Below are positions 45,201 to 52,574 of a stretch of 64,000 nucleotides of DNA, piece by piece. Each line of letters opens with the position of its first letter. The first letter of the stretch is position 1. The notes below the pieces were generated by a model. It had not been told where the DNA came from. It searched no databases and saw only the letters and a list, made by a program, of their open reading frames with translations. Location: assembly GCA_026387475.1 (NCBI GenBank), contig JAPLLN010000049.1, positions 16,556 to 80,555 of the forward strand. Direction: 5' to 3'. The position numbers and the translations under genes are program-made. The DNA is from Candidatus Omnitrophota bacterium. GTDB taxonomy: Bacteria; Omnitrophota; Gorgyraeia; Gygaellales; Profunditerraquicolaceae.

Positions 45201-45359
45201 TTCATGTTCTGGACCTTGGTATCCATCTTGGTCGATACCCCTTCCAGAGAACTCTGAACCTTAGTCCCTACCAACCTGGATGCTATGATCACCGCTGCCA
45301 CTATCGCAGTCAGGATGATCACATACTCCAGAGTTGACTGCCCTTTTCTTTTGAACATC
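45201..45359 (-). CDS. flp: Flp-like pilin (52 aa). Not in the ORF track; first gene of the pilin run.
   Basis: Hand-translated: MFKRKGQSTLEYVIILTAIVAAVIIASRLVGTKVQSSLEGGYRPRWIPRSRT. RBS AGGAGG lies upstream (reverse complement of 45366–45371). Confidence 0.45.
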
Positions 45360-45815
45360 TTACCACCTCCTAAGTTTGTACTGAAGATCCTCTAAAAAAA
45401 GAAAAACCGCGCTACCGCCAATTGGAATTCTGCTTGTCGGTAACCCGGTTCCTACAAAGACAAATCGAACTTGTGACGAGCAGCGTCCCGTGGCCATGCG
45501 CATCCACTACCTCCATAGCGGAATTGCTTTCTTGCTTGTCGTCCTTCGTTAATTCTTTACCTATATTGTATTTAAAATATATCATTAATAGAGGTAAGTG
45601 TCAATATTATTTAGGGTTTACAAGAAAGCGGTTTCGAAATTTCGCGGCAGAATTAACTTTCTAACCCCGCTGATTAAAAGAGTTTACCTAACAATCCGGG
45701 CTATCCGAAATAAGCCAATATTCCCTCATCCCAATAACCACCCCCACCCCAATAAACCACCCCAACACCCAATCCCCTGACACTCAGTTTTAAGCAGTTT
45801 CCACCCCGAAATAAT

Positions 45816-45892
45816 AATGTCCAATCTAGATATTGACAAGATTGGACATTAGTGATATACTTTTCTTGAGCTTAAAAATGTCCAATCTGGAG
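45816..45892 (+). promoter_or_regulatory. Promoter/operator for the plus-strand DDE gene. TTGACA-N17-TATACT embedded in a palindrome of the 11-nt motif, plus a third motif copy abutting the RBS.
   Basis: AATGTCCAATCTA (45816–45828), then gaTATTGACA (-35 at 45833–45838), then AGATTGGACATT (45839–45850, the inverted copy filling the spacer), then TATACT (-10 at 45856–45861). A further AATGTCCAATCTG at 45877–45889 is followed by GGAG at 45889–45892 and ATG at 45898. Confidence 0.55.
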
Positions 45893-45897
45893 TAAAT

Positions 45898-47679
45898 ATG
45901 GGTATTGTACATAAACTGATCCCCCAAATAAAAGACTTCATTTTAGAGCAGAAAAAGGCTGACCCAAAGATCAGCTGCCGCAGCCTCTCTGACCTTATTG
46001 ATGAGAAATTCCAGATCCAAGTCTCTAAATCCAGCATTAACGCTATATTCAAGGGATCCGGGCTTAGCATGCCTGTAGGGAGGAGTTCAGAAGGAAAACG
46101 CAAGCTGCGTATCGAAGCCCCTGCTCTGTTGCTTTCCGCGCCTGCGCCTGAACCCGAGCCGGCTCCTGAACCGGTCATTGAAAAGCCTGTTGAGCCCGCG
46201 CCTGAACCAATAATTGCAAAACCTATCGAACCTATGCCTGAACCGGTCATCGAAAAACCTGCTGCTCCGGCGCCTGAACCCGAACCGGCTCCTGAACCGG
46301 TCATTGAAAAACCTGCTGCTCCGGCGCCTAAACCAATAATCCAAAAGACTTTTAAGGAGTTTGAAAAAGTAGAATTTACCGAAACGCCGAGCAGCGGAAT
46401 CATACTCTTAAAAGCGGCGGATTATCTTATCAACGGAAATTACGACGCAGCCGAGATCATCAAAAAAAGGCTTAACCGCTCCGGCGGCAATCTCCCCGCC
46501 CAAACCGAGGCTTTTACCTTTTCCCAATTACCGAATTCCCTGCCGGCAAACCTTGAGCCCATAACCGGCATAAGGATGAGTCCCGAAGACCTGGATAATT
46601 ATGCTCAAGAGATAAATTCCGTTAAGACCTTGACGCTTGATATTTCCCGCGTAATAGCCAACTGCCTTGAAGAGGTGCGCTGCATAAAAGTTATACTCTC
46701 CGACGGAAACTCCTTCTACCTGGATGCCCAGATGCACTCCATCTGGTCCACCCCGCACATCCCTTACGATTTTTCTTCGACTGCGTCCGATATCAAACGC
46801 AGCGTTAACGATTACTTCTTCGCCGGAGAGCCCATCTCTTTATTTATGGCACCGGGCTATGATACACCCTCTAAAGACCTTTTTAATTTTATCGCCGGAA
46901 TGGAAGGGGTAAATAAAAAAATAACCCGCCTTACCGTCTGCGGGAACAGGTTCGAGGATATGGATACTGTCGCGATAGACGCACCCAAGAAGTATTATTA
47001 TATCTTCGGCGCCTGGCCGTGGCAGTTTGTAGGCGCGCGTAAGGTCAAGAAGATCGGCGAGTTTAAACCTTACCGTTCGCAGGTCTTAAAAAAAGACGCG
47101 CTTTGCGCCGAGCTTGATATAGATTTCATCAACCCCGAAACCAAAGAAGCGATCAACTTAAAGGGGTGCGCTTTAAAAATGAGCCCTGCGGAAAAGACCA
47201 GGCTGATCATTTTAAGCAACCTTACCGGCGAAAAAGCCCTACCCGCGGCTTTATGCGAGGCATATTTATCCCGCTGGCCGAATTTAGAAGAAGCCTTTCA
47301 GGATTACAGCCGCAAGATCGAACTCTTTACTTATACGGCGGAGGCCCGAGCCTTTTTCAGCCCGGAACATTTCAACTTGGAAGGCATCCCTACCCTAAAA
47401 GATGCCAAGACCGTAGCCGCGAATTATCTATTTACCCTGGATTCATTCCTTAAATGGCACCTTTTGCCGCAAGGGTATGAAAAACAAGATTTCACGGTAA
47501 CTGGGGCTCGTTTTTACGATTTAAAAGTGAACCTTAAAAAGGAAGGGAACTGTGTGGCGGTAAATTTCCAAATTCCTCAAGGATACGCATACCTTAACGA
47601 CCTGCAATACCTCTGCCGCCGCCTCAACGAAAGATTTATCCGCTTGAGCGACGGCCAGCGCCTCTGGTTCAATTCTTAG
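45898..47679 (+). CDS. DDE-type transposase-like protein (593 aa) with an N-terminal HTH-like region and a Pro/Glu-rich repeat linker.
   Basis: N-terminal segment KISCRSLSDLIDEKFQIQVSKSSINAIFK is HTH-like. The linker repeats APEPVIEKP(A/V) about 5 times. The C-terminal half has VILSDGNSF (D), MAPGYDTPSKDLFNFIAGMEG (D) and AYLSRWPNLEEAF (Y-x2-R-W-x3-E-x2-F, an IS4/IS1634-like third catalytic motif). No terminal inverted repeats were recognised flanking it. Confidence 0.5.
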   Translation: MGIVHKLIPQIKDFILEQKKADPKISCRSLSDLIDEKFQIQVSKSSINAIFKGSGLSMPVGRSSEGKRKLRIEAPALLLSAPAPEPEPAPEPVIEKPVEPAPEPIIAKPIEPMPEPVIEKPAAPAPEPEPAPEPVIEKPAAPAPKPIIQKTFKEFEKVEFTETPSSGIILLKAADYLINGNYDAAEIIKKRLNRSGGNLPAQTEAFTFSQLPNSLPANLEPITGIRMSPEDLDNYAQEINSVKTLTLDISRVIANCLEEVRCIKVILSDGNSFYLDAQMHSIWSTPHIPYDFSSTASDIKRSVNDYFFAGEPISLFMAPGYDTPSKDLFNFIAGMEGVNKKITRLTVCGNRFEDMDTVAIDAPKKYYYIFGAWPWQFVGARKVKKIGEFKPYRSQVLKKDALCAELDIDFINPETKEAINLKGCALKMSPAEKTRLIILSNLTGEKALPAALCEAYLSRWPNLEEAFQDYSRKIELFTYTAEARAFFSPEHFNLEGIPTLKDAKTVAANYLFTLDSFLKWHLLPQGYEKQDFTVTGARFYDLKVNLKKEGNCVAVNFQIPQGYAYLNDLQYLCRRLNERFIRLSDGQRLWFNS

Positions 47680-47736
47680 GGACACCCTTCAATCCAAAGC
47701 AGGGACACCCTATATGCCAAAGCTGAGGGTGTCCCC
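47678..47736. repeat. REP-like palindromic elements: AGGGACACCCT x2 direct plus an inverted AGGGTGTCCC, forming a hairpin at 47701–47735.
   Basis: 47678–47688 and 47701–47711 are direct copies. 47726–47735 is the inverted copy. This is the same 10–11-mer as the hairpins at 48294–48328 and 48684–48718. Confidence 0.6.
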
Positions 47737-47783
47737 AAAAGAAAATTTTTAGTTAGATTTGCCCTACTTCTTCGTCTATTGTA

Positions 47784-48284
47784 TTGGAAGGAGATGATTC
47801 TATGCCTAGGGGAGCGAGAATACTTTTAAGGAACGTGCTGTACCATATTATAAACCGCGGTAATCAAAAAGAACGGATATTCCTGGAAGGATCAGACTAC
47901 CAGGAATATTTACGAATATTAAAACACTATAAATGCAAATTTCGATTCAAGGTTTTCGGATATTGTCTAATGCCAAACCATGTCCACATAATGCTGGAGC
48001 TAAAGAATCCCCAAGACTTGGCAAAGATAATGCAATGCTTGACCCAAACTTATACCAAATGGTTCAACAAGAAATATGAAAAAGTCGGACACTTATGGCA
48101 GGGTAGGTTTAAAAACATGGTGATACAAAAAGATGATTACTTGATAAATTGTATATCTTATGTGGAAGCGAACCCTGTGAGGGCTGGCATAGTTAGGTTT
48201 CCAGCAGATTATTGCTGGAGCAGCTATAAAGACAGGGTATTTGGGAATAAAAATGCCTTGCTGGATTTACCCGATTCAACTTAA
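47784..48284 (+). CDS. IS200/IS605-like HuH tyrosine transposase (REP-associated tyrosine transposase-like, 166 aa).
   Basis: YHIINRGNQKERIF...GYCLMPNHVHIMLE (HuH motif H-V-H)...ISYVEANPVRAGIV (catalytic Tyr region)...YCWSSY. It is flanked on both sides by GGGACACCCT/AGGGTGTCCC hairpins, the REP-transposon-like arrangement. Confidence 0.7.
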   Translation: MEGDDSMPRGARILLRNVLYHIINRGNQKERIFLEGSDYQEYLRILKHYKCKFRFKVFGYCLMPNHVHIMLELKNPQDLAKIMQCLTQTYTKWFNKKYEKVGHLWQGRFKNMVIQKDDYLINCISYVEANPVRAGIVRFPADYCWSSYKDRVFGNKNALLDLPDST

Positions 48285-48293
48285 ATAAGTACC

Positions 48294-48328
48294 GGGGACA
48301 CCCTGCCGATTAGCTCCAAGGGTGTCCC
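48294..48328. repeat. REP hairpin GGGGACACCCTgccgattagctccaAGGGTGTCCC. It also sits between the convergent 3' ends of the tyrosine-transposase gene and the DUF192-like gene.
   Basis: Perfect 10–11-bp arms at 48294–48304 and 48319–48328. Confidence 0.6.
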
Positions 48329-48669
48329 TAAATAATGGAAAGGAGATCGCCTTTAGAAGTCCGGGCGGATTGGATGGTACCGACGGGAAGCTCAATAACG
48401 CAGGCGGCGCGAAGGAATACCTTGCTTAGCCTTGCGGGCTTTAATGCAGGCACTACGCCTACCACATAATTATTTTTATCCATAAAAAGCAAATCAATAG
48501 GAAATCGCATAAAAAAAGTATGTATCGAGTTGCAGGGCCGCAGAATCAAAGCCTCTCCCGCAGGAAATTCTTTTCTCCCCAAAAGTCCTTTTACCCTTGC
48601 CAAAATATTATCTGCCATAACCGCCTTATTTGCTAATATGGTATTTTTACTTTCATTGCTTATTTTCAT
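48328..48669 (-). CDS. DUF192-like (COG1430) small protein (113 aa).
   Basis: ...ILRPCNSIHTFFMRFPIDLLFMDKNNYVVGV... resembles the DUF192 core IHTxGMxFPIDxxFLD. It is bracketed by REP hairpins. Confidence 0.5.
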   Translation of the reverse strand: MKISNESKNTILANKAVMADNILARVKGLLGRKEFPAGEALILRPCNSIHTFFMRFPIDLLFMDKNNYVVGVVPALKPARLSKVFLRAACVIELPVGTIQSARTSKGDLLSII

Positions 48670-48683
48670 ATATTTGGTTAGCT

Positions 48684-48718
48684 GGGGACACCCTACCGAT
48701 TAGCTCCAAGGGTGTCCC
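48684..48718. repeat. REP hairpin GGGGACACCCTaccgattagctccaAGGGTGTCCC.
   Basis: Near-identical to 48294–48328, with one loop substitution. Confidence 0.6.
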
Positions 48719-48723
48719 TGGTT

Positions 48724-50880
48724 TTACTGGGCGCGGAAGATGTCTTCCGGCAGAGGGATGCCTTTGATCCTGAATTCATTGATAAACGACGGGACATAAC
48801 CGGTAGCCTGGAAATCTCCCAGGACATTATGCTCCTTATCCATCCCGGTCTGCTTAAACATAAAGATATCTCTTAAATCGATGTGCGACTCATCCTTCAT
48901 CCCGCAGACCTCAGTGACCTGCAATATCTTGCGGCTGCCGTCGGAGAGGCGGGCGGTGTGAATGATCATGTGTATGGCGGAGGCGATCATCTCGCGGATG
49001 GCCCTGATAGGAAGTTCTATCCCGGACATAAGTATCATGGAGTCAAAACGGGTCAGGGCGTCCTGTGTAGAGTTGGCGTGCACCGTAGTCATCGAGCCGT
49101 CATGGCCGGTATTCATCGCCTGCAACATATCCAGGGTCTCTACTCCGCGGCATTCGCCGATGATTATCCTGTCGGGGCGCATTCTCAAGGTATTCCGGAA
49201 AAGGTCTCTTATGGTGATGGCGCCCTTGCCTTCGATATTCGGAGGACGGGATTCCAGCCGGATCCAGTGATCCTGATGCAGCTTTAGTTCCGCGGCATCC
49301 TCAATAGTGACGATCCTCTCGTTATTCGAAATAAACGCCGAAAGTATGTTTAAGATCGTCGTCTTACCGCTACCCGTACCGCCGGAGACAATGATATTTT
49401 TTCTACAGGTGACCGCAGCCTGAATAAAATCCGCCATTGCCTTGTTTAAGGTGCGCAGTTCGATCAACTCTTCGGTCTTAAATCTTTCTTTGCGGAATTT
49501 CCTGATAGTCAAAGACGGCCCGGTCAAAGATAGCGGAGGGATAATGGCGTTAACGCGCGATCCGTCGGGCAGGCGCGCGTCAACCATGGGTACCGACTCG
49601 TCAATCCTTCTGCCGATGGGCGCTATAATGCGCTCAATGACTATTTTTACCTGCTCGTTAGAGATAAATTTCTTGCTGGTAGCCTCGATTTTTCCCCGGC
49701 GCTCGATATAAACCTCGTCTTTGTTGTTGACCATGATATCTGTTATCGTCGGGTCAGCGAGCAGGTCTTCCAACGGCCCGAGGCCGAGCGCCTCATCCAG
49801 CATTTCTTTGACTAACTTTTTACGCACATCGGGTGAAGTAATAAAACTCCCCGCCTCCTCCGTGAGAAAATTCGTGACCATGACCTCGGCCTTATCGCGC
49901 AATTCTTTATTCTTTTTGGAATCGCTAAATGCCTTGGAGTCAAGGCGCTTTAAATTTAATTCTTCTATCAAGCGGGCGTGTATTCTGCGTTTAAGCCTTA
50001 TAATCTCGTCCGCCTCTTCGTAAGGATCGGGCCCGATAAGCGCTTCGGTCAACCCCTCCTTCTGCCAAAAATCGCCGCTCTTGGCCAACGTGCCTTCTTT
50101 TAATTTTAAGGCGTCTATCTCGGCGTGTTCGATATAAAGTTTTTTATTCGTGGTCAATTCATGGGCGAATTCCTTGATGGCCAAAGATATCTTTGACCTG
50201 GGGCTATCCAATATCACCGGAATGCTCTGATTGATCGCCTGGCCCGTAATGCGTCCCTCCGACGGGATGCGCGCGACGATATCGACCGGTAAAGAAACGC
50301 GCACCTCATGCCAGCTTATACTGGATAAAGACTCCGCGCGGTTTAAGACCACCCTGACCATAGAGAGCGGGATATGCATAAATTGCAGGGTATCCAGCGC
50401 CCACTTAGTTTGGTAGACCGAGAGCACATCCGGGGTCACCACAAATAAAACCAGGTTCGCCTGATTCAATACGCCGGCGAATGTCTCGGTGAAGATCTTT
50501 CCCGCGTCGATTATGATGTAATCGTAATCTTTATCGTAGAGCGTAAAAACGCTTTTTATCAATTCAGGGTCAAGATGAGGGGATTGTTGCGGGCGCAATA
50601 CAGCGGGAAGAAAACTGATCCCCAGGCCCGGGGCAGTGGAAAGAAAATCTTTCTTGACCACTGATTCGGGATTTCTTTTTATCTGGGCCATCAGGTCCAC
50701 CATGGCCTTCTGGGGCTTTAAATTCAGCATGTGGGCCATGTCGCCCGCGCCAAAGGTATCCAGGTCTATAAGACAGACGCGCTTGCCTTCGTCTTGAGCA
50801 AGGCTCACGGCGAGATTGGCGGCGACCAGGGTTTTACCCACGCCGCCCTTAGTGCTGAATAAGACGATTCTCTGGGACAT
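48724..50880 (-). CDS. cpaF: Fusion ATPase (718 aa): N-terminal ParA/MinD-like (CpaE/TadZ-like) domain plus C-terminal CpaF/TadA secretion ATPase.
   Basis: N-terminal MSQRIVLFSTKGGVGKTLVAANLAVSLAQDEGKRVCLIDLDTFGAGD is a deviant Walker A of ParA/MinD type. C-terminal ...VSGGTGSGKTTILNILSAFI...VTIEDAAELKL...IIIGECRGVETLDMLQAMNTGHDGSMTTVHANS is CpaF/VirB11-like. Confidence 0.8.
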   Translation of the reverse strand: MSQRIVLFSTKGGVGKTLVAANLAVSLAQDEGKRVCLIDLDTFGAGDMAHMLNLKPQKAMVDLMAQIKRNPESVVKKDFLSTAPGLGISFLPAVLRPQQSPHLDPELIKSVFTLYDKDYDYIIIDAGKIFTETFAGVLNQANLVLFVVTPDVLSVYQTKWALDTLQFMHIPLSMVRVVLNRAESLSSISWHEVRVSLPVDIVARIPSEGRITGQAINQSIPVILDSPRSKISLAIKEFAHELTTNKKLYIEHAEIDALKLKEGTLAKSGDFWQKEGLTEALIGPDPYEEADEIIRLKRRIHARLIEELNLKRLDSKAFSDSKKNKELRDKAEVMVTNFLTEEAGSFITSPDVRKKLVKEMLDEALGLGPLEDLLADPTITDIMVNNKDEVYIERRGKIEATSKKFISNEQVKIVIERIIAPIGRRIDESVPMVDARLPDGSRVNAIIPPLSLTGPSLTIRKFRKERFKTEELIELRTLNKAMADFIQAAVTCRKNIIVSGGTGSGKTTILNILSAFISNNERIVTIEDAAELKLHQDHWIRLESRPPNIEGKGAITIRDLFRNTLRMRPDRIIIGECRGVETLDMLQAMNTGHDGSMTTVHANSTQDALTRFDSMILMSGIELPIRAIREMIASAIHMIIHTARLSDGSRKILQVTEVCGMKDESHIDLRDIFMFKQTGMDKEHNVLGDFQATGYVPSFINEFRIKGIPLPEDIFRAQ

Positions 50881-50883
50881 TGG

Positions 50884-52569
50884 TTATTCTAAACGGTAGC
50901 TTACAGGCACCTCTACCCACAGATCTGCCTGCTGTATTGTGGGCGGGAATGGCGGATAGCTGGAAACACTCTTGGCGACATTCACTGAATTATCGTCGAG
51001 GACTTTATACCCCGAAGAAGAACTGACTGATACGTCAAGCAACTGACCTAAATAAGAAAGGTGAAGTTTTAATTTTGCCGTGCCTTCAAAACCCGACTGT
51101 TTTGCCGAAGCCGGATAAATAAGATTATCCAAAATCCTGCGCTGGACAACAGCCGCGTAATTCCTGATATTCTCCGGGATCGCCATGGCGGGCGCGGAGA
51201 CTTCTGCCTGGACCTTGGAATCTGCCACAGGCATAGAGGTAGTTGTTTTCTTTGCCGTCGCCTTGATCGCCTTGACAATAGCCGGAGTAAGGGTTACAAA
51301 CAGCTCCGTATCCCCGCGGTTTCCCGCTCCGCCGCCGGTGGACTTGACGGTCTGCCTGAACATTGCGCCCAAAATAGGTATATCGCTGAAGAACGGGGTT
51401 TTTCTTACCTGGTCTTCTTCTTTCTGTTTGATCAACCCGCCGATCAGCAAAGTCTGCTCGTCATTAAGATAAAGTTCGGTGGTGAAATTACGCTTGGATA
51501 AAGGATAAGCCTTGGCAGTAATGGAAGTGGTGGTCCCGATAGTCTCCGCTTCTCCGACTTCGCTTACCTGGACATAAACCGAGAGCTTGATCCTGTTGTC
51601 TTCAGTCACCGTCGGCTTGACCTTCAGCTTGATGCCGAATTCTTTATATTCTATCTGCACGCCGCTGTTTACCTGTGTAGTAAAAGTTGAGAACGTAGGT
51701 TTTTCTCCGCCGACAAACATCTCCGCTTCTTTCCCGCTCTGGCAAGTCAGCCTCGGCCGGCTTAAAATGCGCGCCTTCCCGTCCCTTACCAAGGCATCCA
51801 GCGACCAGGTAAATGCCGCGCGTCCGTAATTGGATATCTGGAATAATTTATCCAGGTGCGAGCCCGTAAAAGTGCGCGTAAACGATTCGGTAGACCCGGG
51901 ATTAGCCCCGCCTGCGGTAGCGGTCACTGTTGTCGCGCCCACGCCGGGTATCCCGGGAGAGCCGATTTCGGTAACCGTAATATTCCCCGGCCAGCTGAAA
52001 CCCAGAGTGCTCGTCGAATCTTTATTCATCTCCAGGACCTGCACGTCGATCTCTATCGAGGTCTCTTCTTCCTTTATATTGATCAGGTCGACTGTCTTGG
52101 CCTTTAAAGTGCCCAGCGCCGTCGCTATTCTTTCTTTGTCCGCCGCGGTCTTCACAGCACCCAAAAGCATGATCTTATTTTCTTCGTCCGCTGCCCGGGT
52201 ATAAACATTAGGCAAGTCCAGGTCTTTTATTATTGCGTCCACCCGCTCCTTGATCACATCCATATTCTCGATTACGACTTTTACTTTATAAGACTGCTCG
52301 CCGAAACCGTCCCAGATGACCAGGGTAGTCGTCCCTAATGATTTAGGATTGATGGTCACTTCGTTTTTATTCACGTTGGCTACATCCGCGACATTAGGGT
52401 TGCCCACTACGACGCGGTAGGCGTTATTTACCGCCACCACCTTAGGTTCTCCCATATACACCTTAAGCACTTCCGGATTCTCGTCGCCGACTAAGGCGTA
52501 ATTGCATAAAGGCAGGAACGCGTTAAGACAAAACATTACGAAAATTCCGAGCAGTAATTTGTTTTTCAT
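50884..52569 (-). CDS. cpaC: CpaC/RcpA-type secretin (561 aa) with a C-terminal TonB_C-like domain.
   Basis: N-terminal pilus-formation region ...GEPKVVAVNNAYRVVVGNPNVADV.... Secretin core ...ARILSRPRLTCQSGKEAEMFVGGEKP...LLIGGLIKQ...IPILGAMF...TELFVTLTPAIV. The tail YPASAKQSGFEGTAKLKLHLSYLGQLLDVSVSSSSGYKVLDDNSVNVAKSVSSYPPFPP matches the TonB C-terminal pattern YP..A...g.eG.v.v.f.i...G.v..v.v..SSG...LD..a..av....fpP. Confidence 0.75.
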   Translation of the reverse strand: MKNKLLLGIFVMFCLNAFLPLCNYALVGDENPEVLKVYMGEPKVVAVNNAYRVVVGNPNVADVANVNKNEVTINPKSLGTTTLVIWDGFGEQSYKVKVVIENMDVIKERVDAIIKDLDLPNVYTRAADEENKIMLLGAVKTAADKERIATALGTLKAKTVDLINIKEEETSIEIDVQVLEMNKDSTSTLGFSWPGNITVTEIGSPGIPGVGATTVTATAGGANPGSTESFTRTFTGSHLDKLFQISNYGRAAFTWSLDALVRDGKARILSRPRLTCQSGKEAEMFVGGEKPTFSTFTTQVNSGVQIEYKEFGIKLKVKPTVTEDNRIKLSVYVQVSEVGEAETIGTTTSITAKAYPLSKRNFTTELYLNDEQTLLIGGLIKQKEEDQVRKTPFFSDIPILGAMFRQTVKSTGGGAGNRGDTELFVTLTPAIVKAIKATAKKTTTSMPVADSKVQAEVSAPAMAIPENIRNYAAVVQRRILDNLIYPASAKQSGFEGTAKLKLHLSYLGQLLDVSVSSSSGYKVLDDNSVNVAKSVSSYPPFPPTIQQADLWVEVPVSYRLE

Positions 52570-52574
52570 ATTTT

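Noticed and set aside
32440-45892. Possibility that the repeated CAGATTGGACATT copies are a CRISPR array or integron attC sites.
   Set aside because: There are only 2–3 copies per locus, with irregular 7–28-bp spacing. No cas or tyrosine-integrase genes are nearby, and the copies overlap coding sequence at one locus. They are better explained as a protein- or RNA-binding motif.
45898-47679. Considered whether the 593-aa protein could be an integron-type integrase, given the motif-bearing 3' ends of neighbouring genes.
   Set aside because: The catalytic signature is DDE/RW-E transposase-like, not tyrosine-recombinase (no R..H..R..Y pattern). The motif-bearing genes are about 10 kb away and not arranged as a cassette array.
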